59,037 nucleotides of DNA from Polyangiales bacterium (GCA_038324055.1 JBBQHO010000001.1:1-59037), one strand, 5' to 3'; positions 27,159 through 36,276 are shown, counted from the first letter of the stretch. Notes: generated by a model from the letters alone, not told the origin. Program-made: numbers and translations.

Positions 27159-28147
27159 CACCAGACCCCGCTGACCAACACGCCTTGAGGAGTGGGTAGA
27201 ACGTTGAAACTGACGCCGCTGATGGGCGAGTGCGGTGTCCAGCTGCCGATACCGTAGTGGAGCGCGGGCACGAGGAAACCGATCGTGGTGCCGACTGCTG
27301 CGCCCACGAGGACATCGGACGCGTAGTGCATGTCGCCGATCACGCGTAGACCGGCTGTTGCCGCGGCGCCGACGAAGCCGCTCAGGCACGGAATCCACGC
27401 TTGCCCATTGCTCAGCGGAATGGCCGAATGATGAGCGCAGGTCACGGCGGCCAACGCGAACGTAGCGGCCGAGTGGCCGCTGAAGTGGCTGAGGTAGCGG
27501 TCGTTCGTGATGCAAAACGACGAACGCTCGTCGAGTTCATTCGTGCCACACGTACGGCCGTAGGGGCGTTCGCGCGCGATCCCATGGGCCGCCAGCTGCT
27601 GGACACCCAAGGTGAGCGCCATGACTTCAACATCCAGCAGGGCAATTTCGGCACCGACGTCTGGGCTCTTTCGTAGCCAGGTGGCGTTGATCAGTGCGTC
27701 GCCGATGAAGGCGTAAGACATCGAAAATCCGAGCAAAACGTCGCTGGCGTCGCGAACGGCCAGTTGGGTAGTGTAATCGGTGGCACGCACTGCATCCCGC
27801 ACATCTTCGTCGAACAACACGCCGCCACGCGGCCCGAACTCGCGGTTGGGGCCTACAATGATGGAAACGAGCGCAGTTGCGCCACCCAGTCCGGTGACGA
27901 TGAGATCGGGGACGCCGAAGCGCGCGGCTGCGCTCGGGTAAACGACGGGAGCGAGGCTGCCCGGTCGGAGAATGATCTTGCCATCGGGATCGCCACCTGG
28001 AGTCGTCTTGCCCGTGGCGAGCGCTGGCTTGAACGGAACAACAACGGAAGGCTCGGCGTCCGCGGCGCGCGCGCAATCGATGCCAGCGATGCTTGGTACG
28101 AGCGACAGCCCGAGGCAGACGCAGGTGCTGGAGAAGAGGGAGCGCAC
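27158..28147 (-). CDS. PAP2-superfamily phosphatase, exported/membrane
   Basis: PAP2 motifs RERPYG (KxxxxxxRP-like), SHFSGHSA (PSGH) and RVIGDMHYASDVLVGA (SRxxxxxHxxxD). GTG 28147 gives the signal peptide MRSLFSSTCVCLGLSLVPSIAG. The ATG at 28330 would overlap the divergent gene. Confidence 0.8.
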   Translation of the reverse strand: MRSLFSSTCVCLGLSLVPSIAGIDCARAADAEPSVVVPFKPALATGKTTPGGDPDGKIILRPGSLAPVVYPSAAARFGVPDLIVTGLGGATALVSIIVGPNREFGPRGGVLFDEDVRDAVRATDYTTQLAVRDASDVLLGFSMSYAFIGDALINATWLRKSPDVGAEIALLDVEVMALTLGVQQLAAHGIARERPYGRTCGTNELDERSSFCITNDRYLSHFSGHSAATFALAAVTCAHHSAIPLSNGQAWIPCLSGFVGAAATAGLRVIGDMHYASDVLVGAAVGTTIGFLVPALHYGIGSWTPHSPISGVSFNVLPTPQGVLVSGVW

Positions 28148-28168
28148 GAGGAATGAAACCTGAGATGG

Positions 28169-29860
28169 ATGAGCGTCGTGATTGACTCGATGGGGCGTTC
28201 GATGTTGCCTGAGGCCGTGGCGGTCGTGTTGCGCTGGTTCTGGTCGTATCTCGTCGTCGTTGGCTTCGCCGTGCCTGCGGCTCGCGCCCAAGAACGAGTC
28301 GTCCCACCCACGCCCGCCGAGGATGGACAAGATGACCTCCCGGCGCCAGCACCAGTGCCCGTGACTACGGAGCCTCGGGCGGAGCTGCCAGAAGCGGACC
28401 CTCCGTCACAAAAGCCCAACCCTGCGACGCCCGATAGGGCTCCCGACGCGCTGCCCGTCGAGCCCCAGGACGACCTCCGGACGGCCCTGGCCGACGTCGA
28501 GCAGACAGGGTCACCCCCCCAGCCCCCCGCGGAAGGAACCAGCGAGCCGGCCAACGAAAAGGACCTGCCTCCCGAGCAAAAGCGCGAGCTGCCGAACTAC
28601 GATGGCCGCGAGGCGCAGCAGACCGACGCGGGCGACATCGTGCGCTGGATCCCACGCGTAGCGCTCTACCCCGCGTATCTATTTCTCCAGTACGGCATTC
28701 GGACGCCGACAGTCTGGGCAATCGCAAAGGTGGAAGAGACGCATCTGGCCGACAAGGTCACTGACTTTTTCACTTGGGACGAAGGCCAAGCTTACGCGTT
28801 TCCAGTCGCGACCTTCGACTTTGGCTTGCGACCCAACGTAGGGGCGATCTTCCACTGGACCGAGATGATCCCGCGCCACGATTTCGCAGCCACGTTCTTT
28901 GCGGGGCCCGGAGACCTGTGGGCGACCGGCGCGCAAGTCGATCAGAAACTGTTCCGCGACGAAGGCGCGCTGATCCGTTGGCGCGGTGGCTACGTGCGGC
29001 GACCCGACAACCCGTTCTTTGGCGTCAGCGATCTGAGCGCTCGCTGCAATCAGCTGGACTTCGGCTGCCGCTACCGCAGCGCCATCGCCGAAGCCAGCGT
29101 GAGCCTGGTGGGTTGGGAGAAGCAGCTGAACAGTCTCAGCTTCGGTACGACGTTTCGGCACGCCCGTTTCTCGACGGAAGAAACGGACAATCCGCCACTC
29201 ACGCCCACCGAAACCGCCGCCCTGCCCGCCTTCACGAATGGCTACCAGATCCTGCAGCCCGAGCTGAATTTCACTATCGACAACCGCCACGAAGATCTCG
29301 ACTTCGCGCGCGGCACGGGCTTGCGACTCGAGGGGCTCACCTCCTTCGCCGTCGACGTGCAGGAACCCAGCAGGCGCTGGTTTCGTGCTGGTGGCCAACT
29401 CGCTGCGTTCTACGACTTGGGCTTCGGTCAGATCTTGTCGACGAGTCTGTACTACCAAGGTGTACTCAATGTGAGCCGGCTCGAGGGCAGCACATCGACG
29501 CGCGCGCCCATCCCCTTCTACGAGCTGCCGTTCTTGGGTGGCCAAGACCAGATGAAGAGCTTCTTGCGACGACGCCTCATGGGCGCCAATGCCTGGGCTG
29601 CCAACTTCGAGTACCGCTACCCGATCAGCTGGGGTCTGGATGCGGCTTTGTTTTCGAGCATCGGCAACACCTACGACGATCTGCGTGAGTGGAATTTGGT
29701 CAAGAGCTACCTGAACTACGGCTTGGGATTGAAGCTGGCTACCGATCGTGTCTCGGCCTTCGAGGCCGTCGTCGGTTGGGGCTCCAATCGTCTCGACGAG
29801 GTCCGCTTCGATCCTTTCGATCAGTTCCGCTTGGCCTTCGGAGTCAGCAGGGGGTTTTGA
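28169..29860 (+). CDS. cassette B: Omp85/surface-antigen-type beta-barrel with Pro/acidic-rich N-terminal extension; paralog of 16986..18335
   Basis: Signal peptide ...VVVGFAVPAARAQ (the start may be 28190 or 28202). A ~110 aa Pro/Glu/Asp linker follows, then KRELPNYDGRE, WIPRVALYPAYLFLQYGIRTP, FLGGQDQM-type Omp85 loop and C-terminus RLAFGVSRGF. Confidence 0.8.
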   Translation: MSVVIDSMGRSMLPEAVAVVLRWFWSYLVVVGFAVPAARAQERVVPPTPAEDGQDDLPAPAPVPVTTEPRAELPEADPPSQKPNPATPDRAPDALPVEPQDDLRTALADVEQTGSPPQPPAEGTSEPANEKDLPPEQKRELPNYDGREAQQTDAGDIVRWIPRVALYPAYLFLQYGIRTPTVWAIAKVEETHLADKVTDFFTWDEGQAYAFPVATFDFGLRPNVGAIFHWTEMIPRHDFAATFFAGPGDLWATGAQVDQKLFRDEGALIRWRGGYVRRPDNPFFGVSDLSARCNQLDFGCRYRSAIAEASVSLVGWEKQLNSLSFGTTFRHARFSTEETDNPPLTPTETAALPAFTNGYQILQPELNFTIDNRHEDLDFARGTGLRLEGLTSFAVDVQEPSRRWFRAGGQLAAFYDLGFGQILSTSLYYQGVLNVSRLEGSTSTRAPIPFYELPFLGGQDQMKSFLRRRLMGANAWAANFEYRYPISWGLDAALFSSIGNTYDDLREWNLVKSYLNYGLGLKLATDRVSAFEAVVGWGSNRLDEVRFDPFDQFRLAFGVSRGF

Positions 29861-29862
29861 GC

Positions 29863-31638
29863 ATGTCCACGCCACAACGAACCGCAACGCGAACCTGGCT
29901 CGGTGTGTGTCTCTTGTTCTCGCTCGCCTGTAGCCGCGAAGTGCGCCGCTTTCCCTTGGCACCGCCGCTGTGGAGCGACGCGGACCAGCGACCGCTCGCC
30001 GAACAGCCCGACGACTACTATTCCGGCATCCGCGCTGACGCAGTCGACAAATTATTGCTCTATCCGCTCAGCAACATCGCCTCTCTCCCCCGTGACGGCG
30101 AGGCCCTGAACGTCAACGCCCTCGACGAAGTCCCCAACAGCAGCTGGTTTCAGAATCGCGTGGGTGTCTTTGACTACACGCCCGCGCAGATTGCCCGCGC
30201 AGAATGCGGCGACACGCCCGAACTCGATCCTGCAAACGGAAAGTGGTTGGTGGTCAACGCCAAGCCCGACGGCGCGAACCCAGGGTTTTTCATCAAAGCG
30301 CCAGACGGACACCGCTACCTGCTCAAGTTCGACGGCAAGAGTCAGCCGTTGCGCGCCTCCACCGCTGATGTCGTCGGATCCAAGCTGTATTGGGCTCTCG
30401 GCTACCATTCGGTCTGCAACGAAGTCGTCTACTTCGAGCCAGACAATTTAGTGATGGCGAAGGGCGCCATCACCAAGACCGCGCTGGGCGAAGAGCGACC
30501 GATGACCCAGAACGACATCGCCACCGTCTTGGCCCAGGGTTTTCGCCTCAAGGATGGCCGTGTGCGCGCATCGGCCAGCCGCTTCGTCCCCGGCAAGCCG
30601 CTCGGTCCATTCAAATACGAAGGCACTCGCTCCGACGATCCAAACGATGTGGTGCCGCACGAGGATCGCCGCGAGCTCCGCGCTGCGCACTTGCCCGCGG
30701 CTTGGATCAACCACATCGATGCGCGCGAGCAGAACACCTTCGACGTCGTAGTCGAAGAAGCGAAGCGAAAGTTCATTCGTCACTACATGATCGATTGGGG
30801 TGACTCCCTGGGCATCGGTTTCAATCCCGATCGCTTGGCACGACGCTTCGGGCACTCCTACGCCATCGATTTCGAGCAAATTGCTGAGGATTTCGTCAGT
30901 TTTGGTCTGCTGAAGCGACCGTGGCACGACCCCCACCGCAGCAAGGTGCAGATCTTTGGCTACTACGCCGTCGATGGTTTCGTGCCTTCGGAGTGGCGCG
31001 GCGTCTACTCGATTCCCGCGTTCAGCAAGCGCACACCAAATGACGTCTCGTGGATGACGCGCATCATGTCGCGTGTCACCGACGCGCACATCCAAGCCAT
31101 TGTCGCCCGCGCCAAGCTGCCCGACGAGCGCCAGTCGCTCTACCTGGAACGAGTGCTCATCGGCCGACGCGACAAGTTTTTCGAAGAGTATTTCTCCAAG
31201 TACCTGCCGCTCTCGGGATTTCGGATGGCCCGGCGTACGCCGGGCGAGACAAAGCAGTCTCTCTGTTTCGAAGATCTCGGCATCCAGCATGGGGTATCCA
31301 AGGCGTTCGAGACCTACTACCAGCTACGCTTTCGCGGCGGACTCGACCTGGAAAAGGAACTCGGTTGGGTGCAGTTCATGCCCGACGCAAAGCATCCGAC
31401 CTGGGCGTGCGTCGTGCTGCCCCTGGGCGACGTGCGCCCCGCGCAACTGGCCGGTGATGGCGCCTACGACGACGATCCGCGGAGGTACGGAGTCATGGAC
31501 CTCTGGGTGCACCAAAAGCCCACCGTACTACCCATGGGTCAGGTCCGGCTCCACTTCTACGATCTCGGCGAGAGCCGTGGCTATCGCTTGGTGGGCATCG
31601 AACGGCCTCGCGAAGTTCGCGTCCCGCTGGACTACTGA
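29863..31638 (+). CDS. cassette B: ~591 aa lipoprotein with a putative protein-kinase-like core; paralog of 15200..16996
   Basis: MSTPQRTATRTWLGVCLLFSLAC contains a lipobox. The ATG lies 2 nt after the barrel stop. Motifs: GANPGFFIK, RYLLKFD, WINHIDAREQN, MIDWGDSLG, GYRLVGIERP. Confidence 0.8.
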   Translation: MSTPQRTATRTWLGVCLLFSLACSREVRRFPLAPPLWSDADQRPLAEQPDDYYSGIRADAVDKLLLYPLSNIASLPRDGEALNVNALDEVPNSSWFQNRVGVFDYTPAQIARAECGDTPELDPANGKWLVVNAKPDGANPGFFIKAPDGHRYLLKFDGKSQPLRASTADVVGSKLYWALGYHSVCNEVVYFEPDNLVMAKGAITKTALGEERPMTQNDIATVLAQGFRLKDGRVRASASRFVPGKPLGPFKYEGTRSDDPNDVVPHEDRRELRAAHLPAAWINHIDAREQNTFDVVVEEAKRKFIRHYMIDWGDSLGIGFNPDRLARRFGHSYAIDFEQIAEDFVSFGLLKRPWHDPHRSKVQIFGYYAVDGFVPSEWRGVYSIPAFSKRTPNDVSWMTRIMSRVTDAHIQAIVARAKLPDERQSLYLERVLIGRRDKFFEEYFSKYLPLSGFRMARRTPGETKQSLCFEDLGIQHGVSKAFETYYQLRFRGGLDLEKELGWVQFMPDAKHPTWACVVLPLGDVRPAQLAGDGAYDDDPRRYGVMDLWVHQKPTVLPMGQVRLHFYDLGESRGYRLVGIERPREVRVPLDY

Positions 31639-31650
31639 GCGGCGGTGGAT

Positions 31651-31665
31651 GGCGCACGGTGCGCC
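31651..31665. terminator. hairpin GGCGCA-CGG-TGCGCC between convergent genes
   Basis: 6-bp perfect stem seen in the 82-nt convergent intergenic region. No U-tract. Confidence 0.25.
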
Positions 31666-31720
31666 GCGCCCGGACCGCGACGTGACGAGCGCGCACGGCT
31701 CCGCCGCTCATTGCGCCATT

Positions 31721-33127
31721 TCAGCCGGCCGTAGCGGGCTCTTTGCCGGGCTCGTCACCGGCCGATTTCGTGCGTTCCGCGTAGGCCTTGCCCAAGCGGA
31801 AGGCGACCCACAACCAAACCGCGACCAAGGCAGCGTTGACCGCGGCAAACAAGGACAAGGGTGCGTGCAGCCAACGCAGGCCTACGAACACCAGGCCGGC
31901 GCTGAACACGTCGCCAGCTCGCACGAAGATCGTGTCGACGACCTGCTTGGCCTTGTACTTTTCTTCGGCGGTGAGCGGTAAGAACAGCGCGTTGCGCACC
32001 GTGTTGTTCAGCGAATAGTCAAAAGCGTTCTCGGCCGTCTTGGCCCAGCGCACGGTCCAGAGCACCGGAAGGAACGCCACCCCAAGATAGCCGAACAACG
32101 CTACAGCGGGCAGAACGAGCAGCGCTACGCGAACGCCCAGATGGCGGATGAAGCGTGGCGCGATGACGAGTTGAATGAAAGCACCCAGCAAGTTCACCCA
32201 AAAATAGAAATTCGAGTAAAACTGCCCGATCCAGACCTTGACCTGGTCCCCACTGACGACGCGCGCCGCTTGTTCCGAAGCGAAGCTGCCCAGCAAGAAC
32301 TCACCCGTGGTGTTGACCAAGTTGCTCAGCAACATGAGCACGCCGATGAGCCGCAGGTAGGGGCTCTGGATGACGAGCTGGAACGCGCCAGCGCCGCTGT
32401 TCGTCTCCTTTTCCGCCTCCTGCTTCTTCTTGCTCTCGGGGCCTTCCTCGACCGCTTTCGCTGCGCGTGCGCTGAAGTACTCCGACGCCAACGTCAGCAG
32501 CAGCGCTCCGATCAAGAGGACGCCGCTCACCAACAGCATCTGCGGCACACCTAGCGGGCCGACGAGTAGGCTGGTCAGCTCGCTACCCGCTACCGCTCCC
32601 GACGAAGCGCCGAAAGCCACGATCGGAAACAGACGTTCGCCCTGCTCGCGCGAGTAGAGATCACTGGCAAAGGCCCAGAACTGCGCCACCACCATCAGAT
32701 TGAAGATGCCGACCCAGAGGAAAAACACGATCCCAAGTCCAGGCATTTGCGCTTTGGCAGCGAAGTAGAACGCCACCAGGCAGCCGACGAAGATGAACGT
32801 GACCGTGCGAATCAACTTGGCGCGGTCGAAGTGATTCACCAGCCACGAGTAACCGGGCACGATCAACGCCAGCAGCACCACCTGGCCGACCGCCGCATAG
32901 CTTTTGATCTCGGCTCCTCCACCCGACAGAATCAACGCTTCACGCACGGGCTTGAGCACGTAGTAAGCGCACAAAAGCAGACAGACGTTGAGTGCGAGTA
33001 ACAGCGCAGACGCGCCCTCTCCCCTCCGCACGATGGTCAGGAGGCCGAGTGCGCGATCGATCCAAGAGAGCGACGCCGAGTCTTTGGAAGGCTCGGCCGC
33101 TTTGCTGTCCGTCATGCCCTCAGGCAA
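31721..33127 (-). CDS. TLC-family (ATP/ADP translocase-like, Npt-type) MFS transporter
   Basis: About 12 TM helices. YYVLKPVREALIL and VAQFWAFASDLYSREQGERLFPIVAFGASSG resemble the TLC signature (QFW.FAN.I...EEAKRFYPLFG). The start could be 33127 or 33115. Confidence 0.8.
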   Translation of the reverse strand: MPEGMTDSKAAEPSKDSASLSWIDRALGLLTIVRRGEGASALLLALNVCLLLCAYYVLKPVREALILSGGGAEIKSYAAVGQVVLLALIVPGYSWLVNHFDRAKLIRTVTFIFVGCLVAFYFAAKAQMPGLGIVFFLWVGIFNLMVVAQFWAFASDLYSREQGERLFPIVAFGASSGAVAGSELTSLLVGPLGVPQMLLVSGVLLIGALLLTLASEYFSARAAKAVEEGPESKKKQEAEKETNSGAGAFQLVIQSPYLRLIGVLMLLSNLVNTTGEFLLGSFASEQAARVVSGDQVKVWIGQFYSNFYFWVNLLGAFIQLVIAPRFIRHLGVRVALLVLPAVALFGYLGVAFLPVLWTVRWAKTAENAFDYSLNNTVRNALFLPLTAEEKYKAKQVVDTIFVRAGDVFSAGLVFVGLRWLHAPLSLFAAVNAALVAVWLWVAFRLGKAYAERTKSAGDEPGKEPATAG

Positions 33128-33488
33128 CCATGACGAACGAGCCCGTCAAAGCGGTCGCAGTCACAATCGCAAAGCACACCTGCTTGAGCCCCCGGGCGCG
33201 CACCGACCTGAGCTCGGCGGTGTTGGCGATGCGCTCACTGCCGCAACCCGTTTGTCGGAAGCCAGCCCATGCAGAAAAGCCACAGGTCTGAAACATGCCC
33301 TGAAAAAAGCCGTTGGCCGAAAGGAAGAACGGCACCAGCAAGACCCAGCGCAGGCTAGGGCTCGCGCCACTCCGCTCCAAGGTGACAGCCAGAGCCAAGC
33401 CCAGGCCCAGGGCCACAATGCCGAACCTGAGGCGTCGCGCCACATTGACGTCGGCCAAGTTGCCAGCGAGTTCGTTTCCGGAAGCCAT
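33120..33488 (-). CDS. small membrane protein (DUF2892/YgaP-like, weak)
   Basis: NVARRLRFGIVALGLGLALAV and FFQGMFQTCGFSAWAG resemble the DUF2892 pattern. The start could be 33488 or 33524. Its end overlaps the TLC gene start. Confidence 0.5.
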   Translation of the reverse strand: MASGNELAGNLADVNVARRLRFGIVALGLGLALAVTLERSGASPSLRWVLLVPFFLSANGFFQGMFQTCGFSAWAGFRQTGCGSERIANTAELRSVRARGLKQVCFAIVTATALTGSFVMVA

Positions 33489-33540
33489 AGCTACTACTGT
33501 AGCCAGAGCGAAAGGGGCGCGCATCCCCCCCTCCGAGTCG

Positions 33541-36276
33541 ATGCCTCAGGCCAGCAGCTTTCCCGCCCGGACCAGTTCACGTCCGCCAGCAACTCCCGGA
33601 TTTTGGCAACGTTTTGCCGACGTTCGCCCGGGCGAGGGCTGGCTGGTGGCGGGCGCGTGCGTGGTTTTGGGCGGGATCGTGGGCGCGCACGTGCTGCTCG
33701 AGACCGCCCGGGACGCCCTTTTTCTAACTAAGCTGAAACCGAGCGCCCTGTCCCTGGTCTACATCGCCATGGCGGTCCTGGGCTTCGTGACCGCGCGCGC
33801 CGACCAAATGGTCAGTCGCGTGTTCGGTCGAAAGAACGCCCTCGTTCTGGCGCTCATGGTCGCCTCGACCGGCACGTTGCTTTTTTACACGAGCACCATC
33901 GGCAAGGCTGGTGCGTTCGCGCTGTACCTATGGGCGGGCGTGATTGGCACGCTGCTGACGGTTCAATTCTGGCTCACTGCGGCGCAGCGCTTCACGCCCG
34001 GACAGGGGCGGCGCATCTACGGTCTTTTGTCGGCCGGAGGCGTTCTGGGCGCAGTGATCGGCGGCGTCATCGGTGCGCTGTTGGCGCAAGGGCTGTCCGT
34101 GAAAAGCCTGTTGCCTGCATCGGCGGCAATGCACTTGCTTACTGCGTTGGTCGTGACTTTCGCGCCACCCGCGACCGAGCTTGCGCCAGCGCCCGAAAAG
34201 GCAAAAGTCGGCGCAGAGATCCGAGCGGTTCGCTCGAATGCCTACCTCGCACGCGTCGGCATTCTGATTCAGCTGTCGGGCGCGACGCTGCTCATCGTCG
34301 ACTACTTGTTCAAGTCCGTGATGGCCACCCGGCTGCCGCCCTCCGACCTCGGCATCTACCTGGCGCGTTACTACGCCATCATGAATGCCGTCGCGCTGAT
34401 CGTGCAGGTGTTCGTCACCATGCAGGTGCTGCAGCGCATGGGCACCATTTTGGCGCTCACCCTGTTACCCTTGTGTCTGCTCTTGTCCGGAGCGGCTGGT
34501 TTGTTCTTCGGAACGGCGATGTTGGCGGTACTGCTCGCCAAGGGTTCGGACGGCGCCCTACGCTTTTCACTGCATCGCGTCTCGACCGAGCTGTTGTTCC
34601 TGCCACTGAGCAACGAGGAGCGTACCAAGGCCAAACCCTTGTTCGATTCGGTGCTGGCGCGCGGTACTCAGGCCCTCATTGCGGTCGTGATCCTGGTTCT
34701 CAATCAGTTTCACCTCGCCAGCAACAACGTCCTGGGGACCTTGATCGCCAGCCTGTCGCTGCTGTGGATTCTGGTCGCCTGGTCACTTCGCGCACCTTAC
34801 TTGGAGCGCTTTCGCTCGACGCTCGGTGGCCAGGCGCGCGCTCGTTCGTTCGAGCTGCTGCAACTGAATCTCGACAGCGTAGTCGTGTTGGTTGAAGCAC
34901 TGTCGAGCCCGGACGAAAATCGAGTGATTGGCGCCATGAGTCTGTTTCACGAAGGGCGTCGCAGCAATCTGATTCCTGCGCTGGTGCTTTACCACCCAAG
35001 CCCGCGCGTGCTGGCTCGCGCGCTCGAGGTCATTCCTGCGCCCGGACGGAAAGATTGGGTTCCGCTCGCAGAGCGATTGCTGCAGCACGACGACCGCGAA
35101 GTCCGACTCGCTGCCATCCGCGCCCTGGGCTCGAGCGGCTACATGGACCGCATCGATCCTTCGGCGTTCTCGGATATGGCGGGGCTGCGCGCCACGGCCG
35201 CCTTCTTCGTGGCCGGCCAGTCCGCAGTTCCTCGCAACGAAACTTCTGTTGCCGAGTTCTTGGCCGAGGACGCCGACCCCCAGGGGCAACTGGCCCTACT
35301 CGAAGCCATCAGCAAGCTTGGCACGGCGCGCTGGGCCGACGTCGTGCTCGAACTCCAGAAGCGCGGGCGCCGTGAACTCGATCGCGTGTTGCCACTCGCA
35401 ATGGCTCGCACTCGTGACTTACGCTTCGTCCCGCTACTCATTCAGCGCCTGGCTCATCGGGAGGGCCGCAATGAGGCGCGTGAAGCTCTCGCGGCGCTTG
35501 GCGCTCCCGCGCTCGAAGCGCTCCGTTCCGCTCTTGACGATCGCACGACCGATCCGGCCGTACGCCTGCACATTCCCCGCGCTATTTCACGTTTTGGTTC
35601 GCACTCCGCGGGCGAGATGCTGGTCCACATGCTGTCGCAGGACCTGCCGGGCGCCGTACGCTACAAGGCACTGCGCGGCTTGGGCCGCGTGGTGTCGACC
35701 AGCGATTTCTCCGTCGATGCAGCGCGTATCCTGCCGGTGATCGAGCAGAACCTGGTTGAGTACGCGCGCATCGAGATGTCGCTGCGCATCTTGGGTGAGC
35801 GCGCCGGCCCCACGCCTTTGAGTGGCGTCCTGTTCTTCGGGCTACTGGCAGACAAGCGGCGCCAGGCGCTCGAACGCGCCACGCGCCTGTTGCAACTTCT
35901 CCACCCGCGCGAGGATCTGCGCCGGGTCTACTACGCGCTCTTGTCGGACGAAGGCTCCAATCGCGTGGCCGCCGCCGAAATTCTCGAAGTCACGAGCCTG
36001 GGCTACGGTGAGACGCTGCGGAGCCTGTTGCGCGTCGCCGCCGAGCCGCGCCAAGACCTGGCCCCCCTCGAAAGCTACGCCAGCGCGCTTTCCATTCCGG
36101 TGCCGCACGAGGTGGATACGCTCCGAGAGCTGATGGCCAATGCCGATCCGCTCGTTTCGGCCTTGGCCGCGTCCTACGCCATGGAACTCGAGAACAGCGA
36201 ACTCGCATCTGCCATCGAAGCTGCCACCAGCTGCAATGCGTGGCTGATCGAACACTCCAACGCGAGCATGCGATGA
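33541..36276 (+). CDS. TLC-like MFS transporter fused to a C-terminal HEAT/ARM-repeat domain
   Basis: The N-terminal half has multiple TM helices, with LLETARDALFLTKL and TVQFWLTAAQRFTPGQGRRIYGLLSAGG (TLC-like). The C-terminal ~480 aa has HEAT-like units (DDREVRLAAIRALGSSG, DPAVRLHIPRAISRFG, VRYKALRGLGRV). The Arg-rich extension from 33313 was rejected. Confidence 0.8.
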   Translation: MPQASSFPARTSSRPPATPGFWQRFADVRPGEGWLVAGACVVLGGIVGAHVLLETARDALFLTKLKPSALSLVYIAMAVLGFVTARADQMVSRVFGRKNALVLALMVASTGTLLFYTSTIGKAGAFALYLWAGVIGTLLTVQFWLTAAQRFTPGQGRRIYGLLSAGGVLGAVIGGVIGALLAQGLSVKSLLPASAAMHLLTALVVTFAPPATELAPAPEKAKVGAEIRAVRSNAYLARVGILIQLSGATLLIVDYLFKSVMATRLPPSDLGIYLARYYAIMNAVALIVQVFVTMQVLQRMGTILALTLLPLCLLLSGAAGLFFGTAMLAVLLAKGSDGALRFSLHRVSTELLFLPLSNEERTKAKPLFDSVLARGTQALIAVVILVLNQFHLASNNVLGTLIASLSLLWILVAWSLRAPYLERFRSTLGGQARARSFELLQLNLDSVVVLVEALSSPDENRVIGAMSLFHEGRRSNLIPALVLYHPSPRVLARALEVIPAPGRKDWVPLAERLLQHDDREVRLAAIRALGSSGYMDRIDPSAFSDMAGLRATAAFFVAGQSAVPRNETSVAEFLAEDADPQGQLALLEAISKLGTARWADVVLELQKRGRRELDRVLPLAMARTRDLRFVPLLIQRLAHREGRNEAREALAALGAPALEALRSALDDRTTDPAVRLHIPRAISRFGSHSAGEMLVHMLSQDLPGAVRYKALRGLGRVVSTSDFSVDAARILPVIEQNLVEYARIEMSLRILGERAGPTPLSGVLFFGLLADKRRQALERATRLLQLLHPREDLRRVYYALLSDEGSNRVAAAEILEVTSLGYGETLRSLLRVAAEPRQDLAPLESYASALSIPVPHEVDTLRELMANADPLVSALAASYAMELENSELASAIEAATSCNAWLIEHSNASMR

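Noticed and set aside
28679-29962. 427 aa minus-strand ORF antisense to Omp85-B
   Set aside because: Shadow ORF. The plus-strand product has paralog support and a C-terminal beta-signal.
33313-33540. N-terminal 76 aa extension of the TLC-HEAT ORF
   Set aside because: Basic, low-complexity sequence. It overlaps a minus-strand ORF with convincing TM helices. ATG 33541 precedes the first TLC-like conserved segment.
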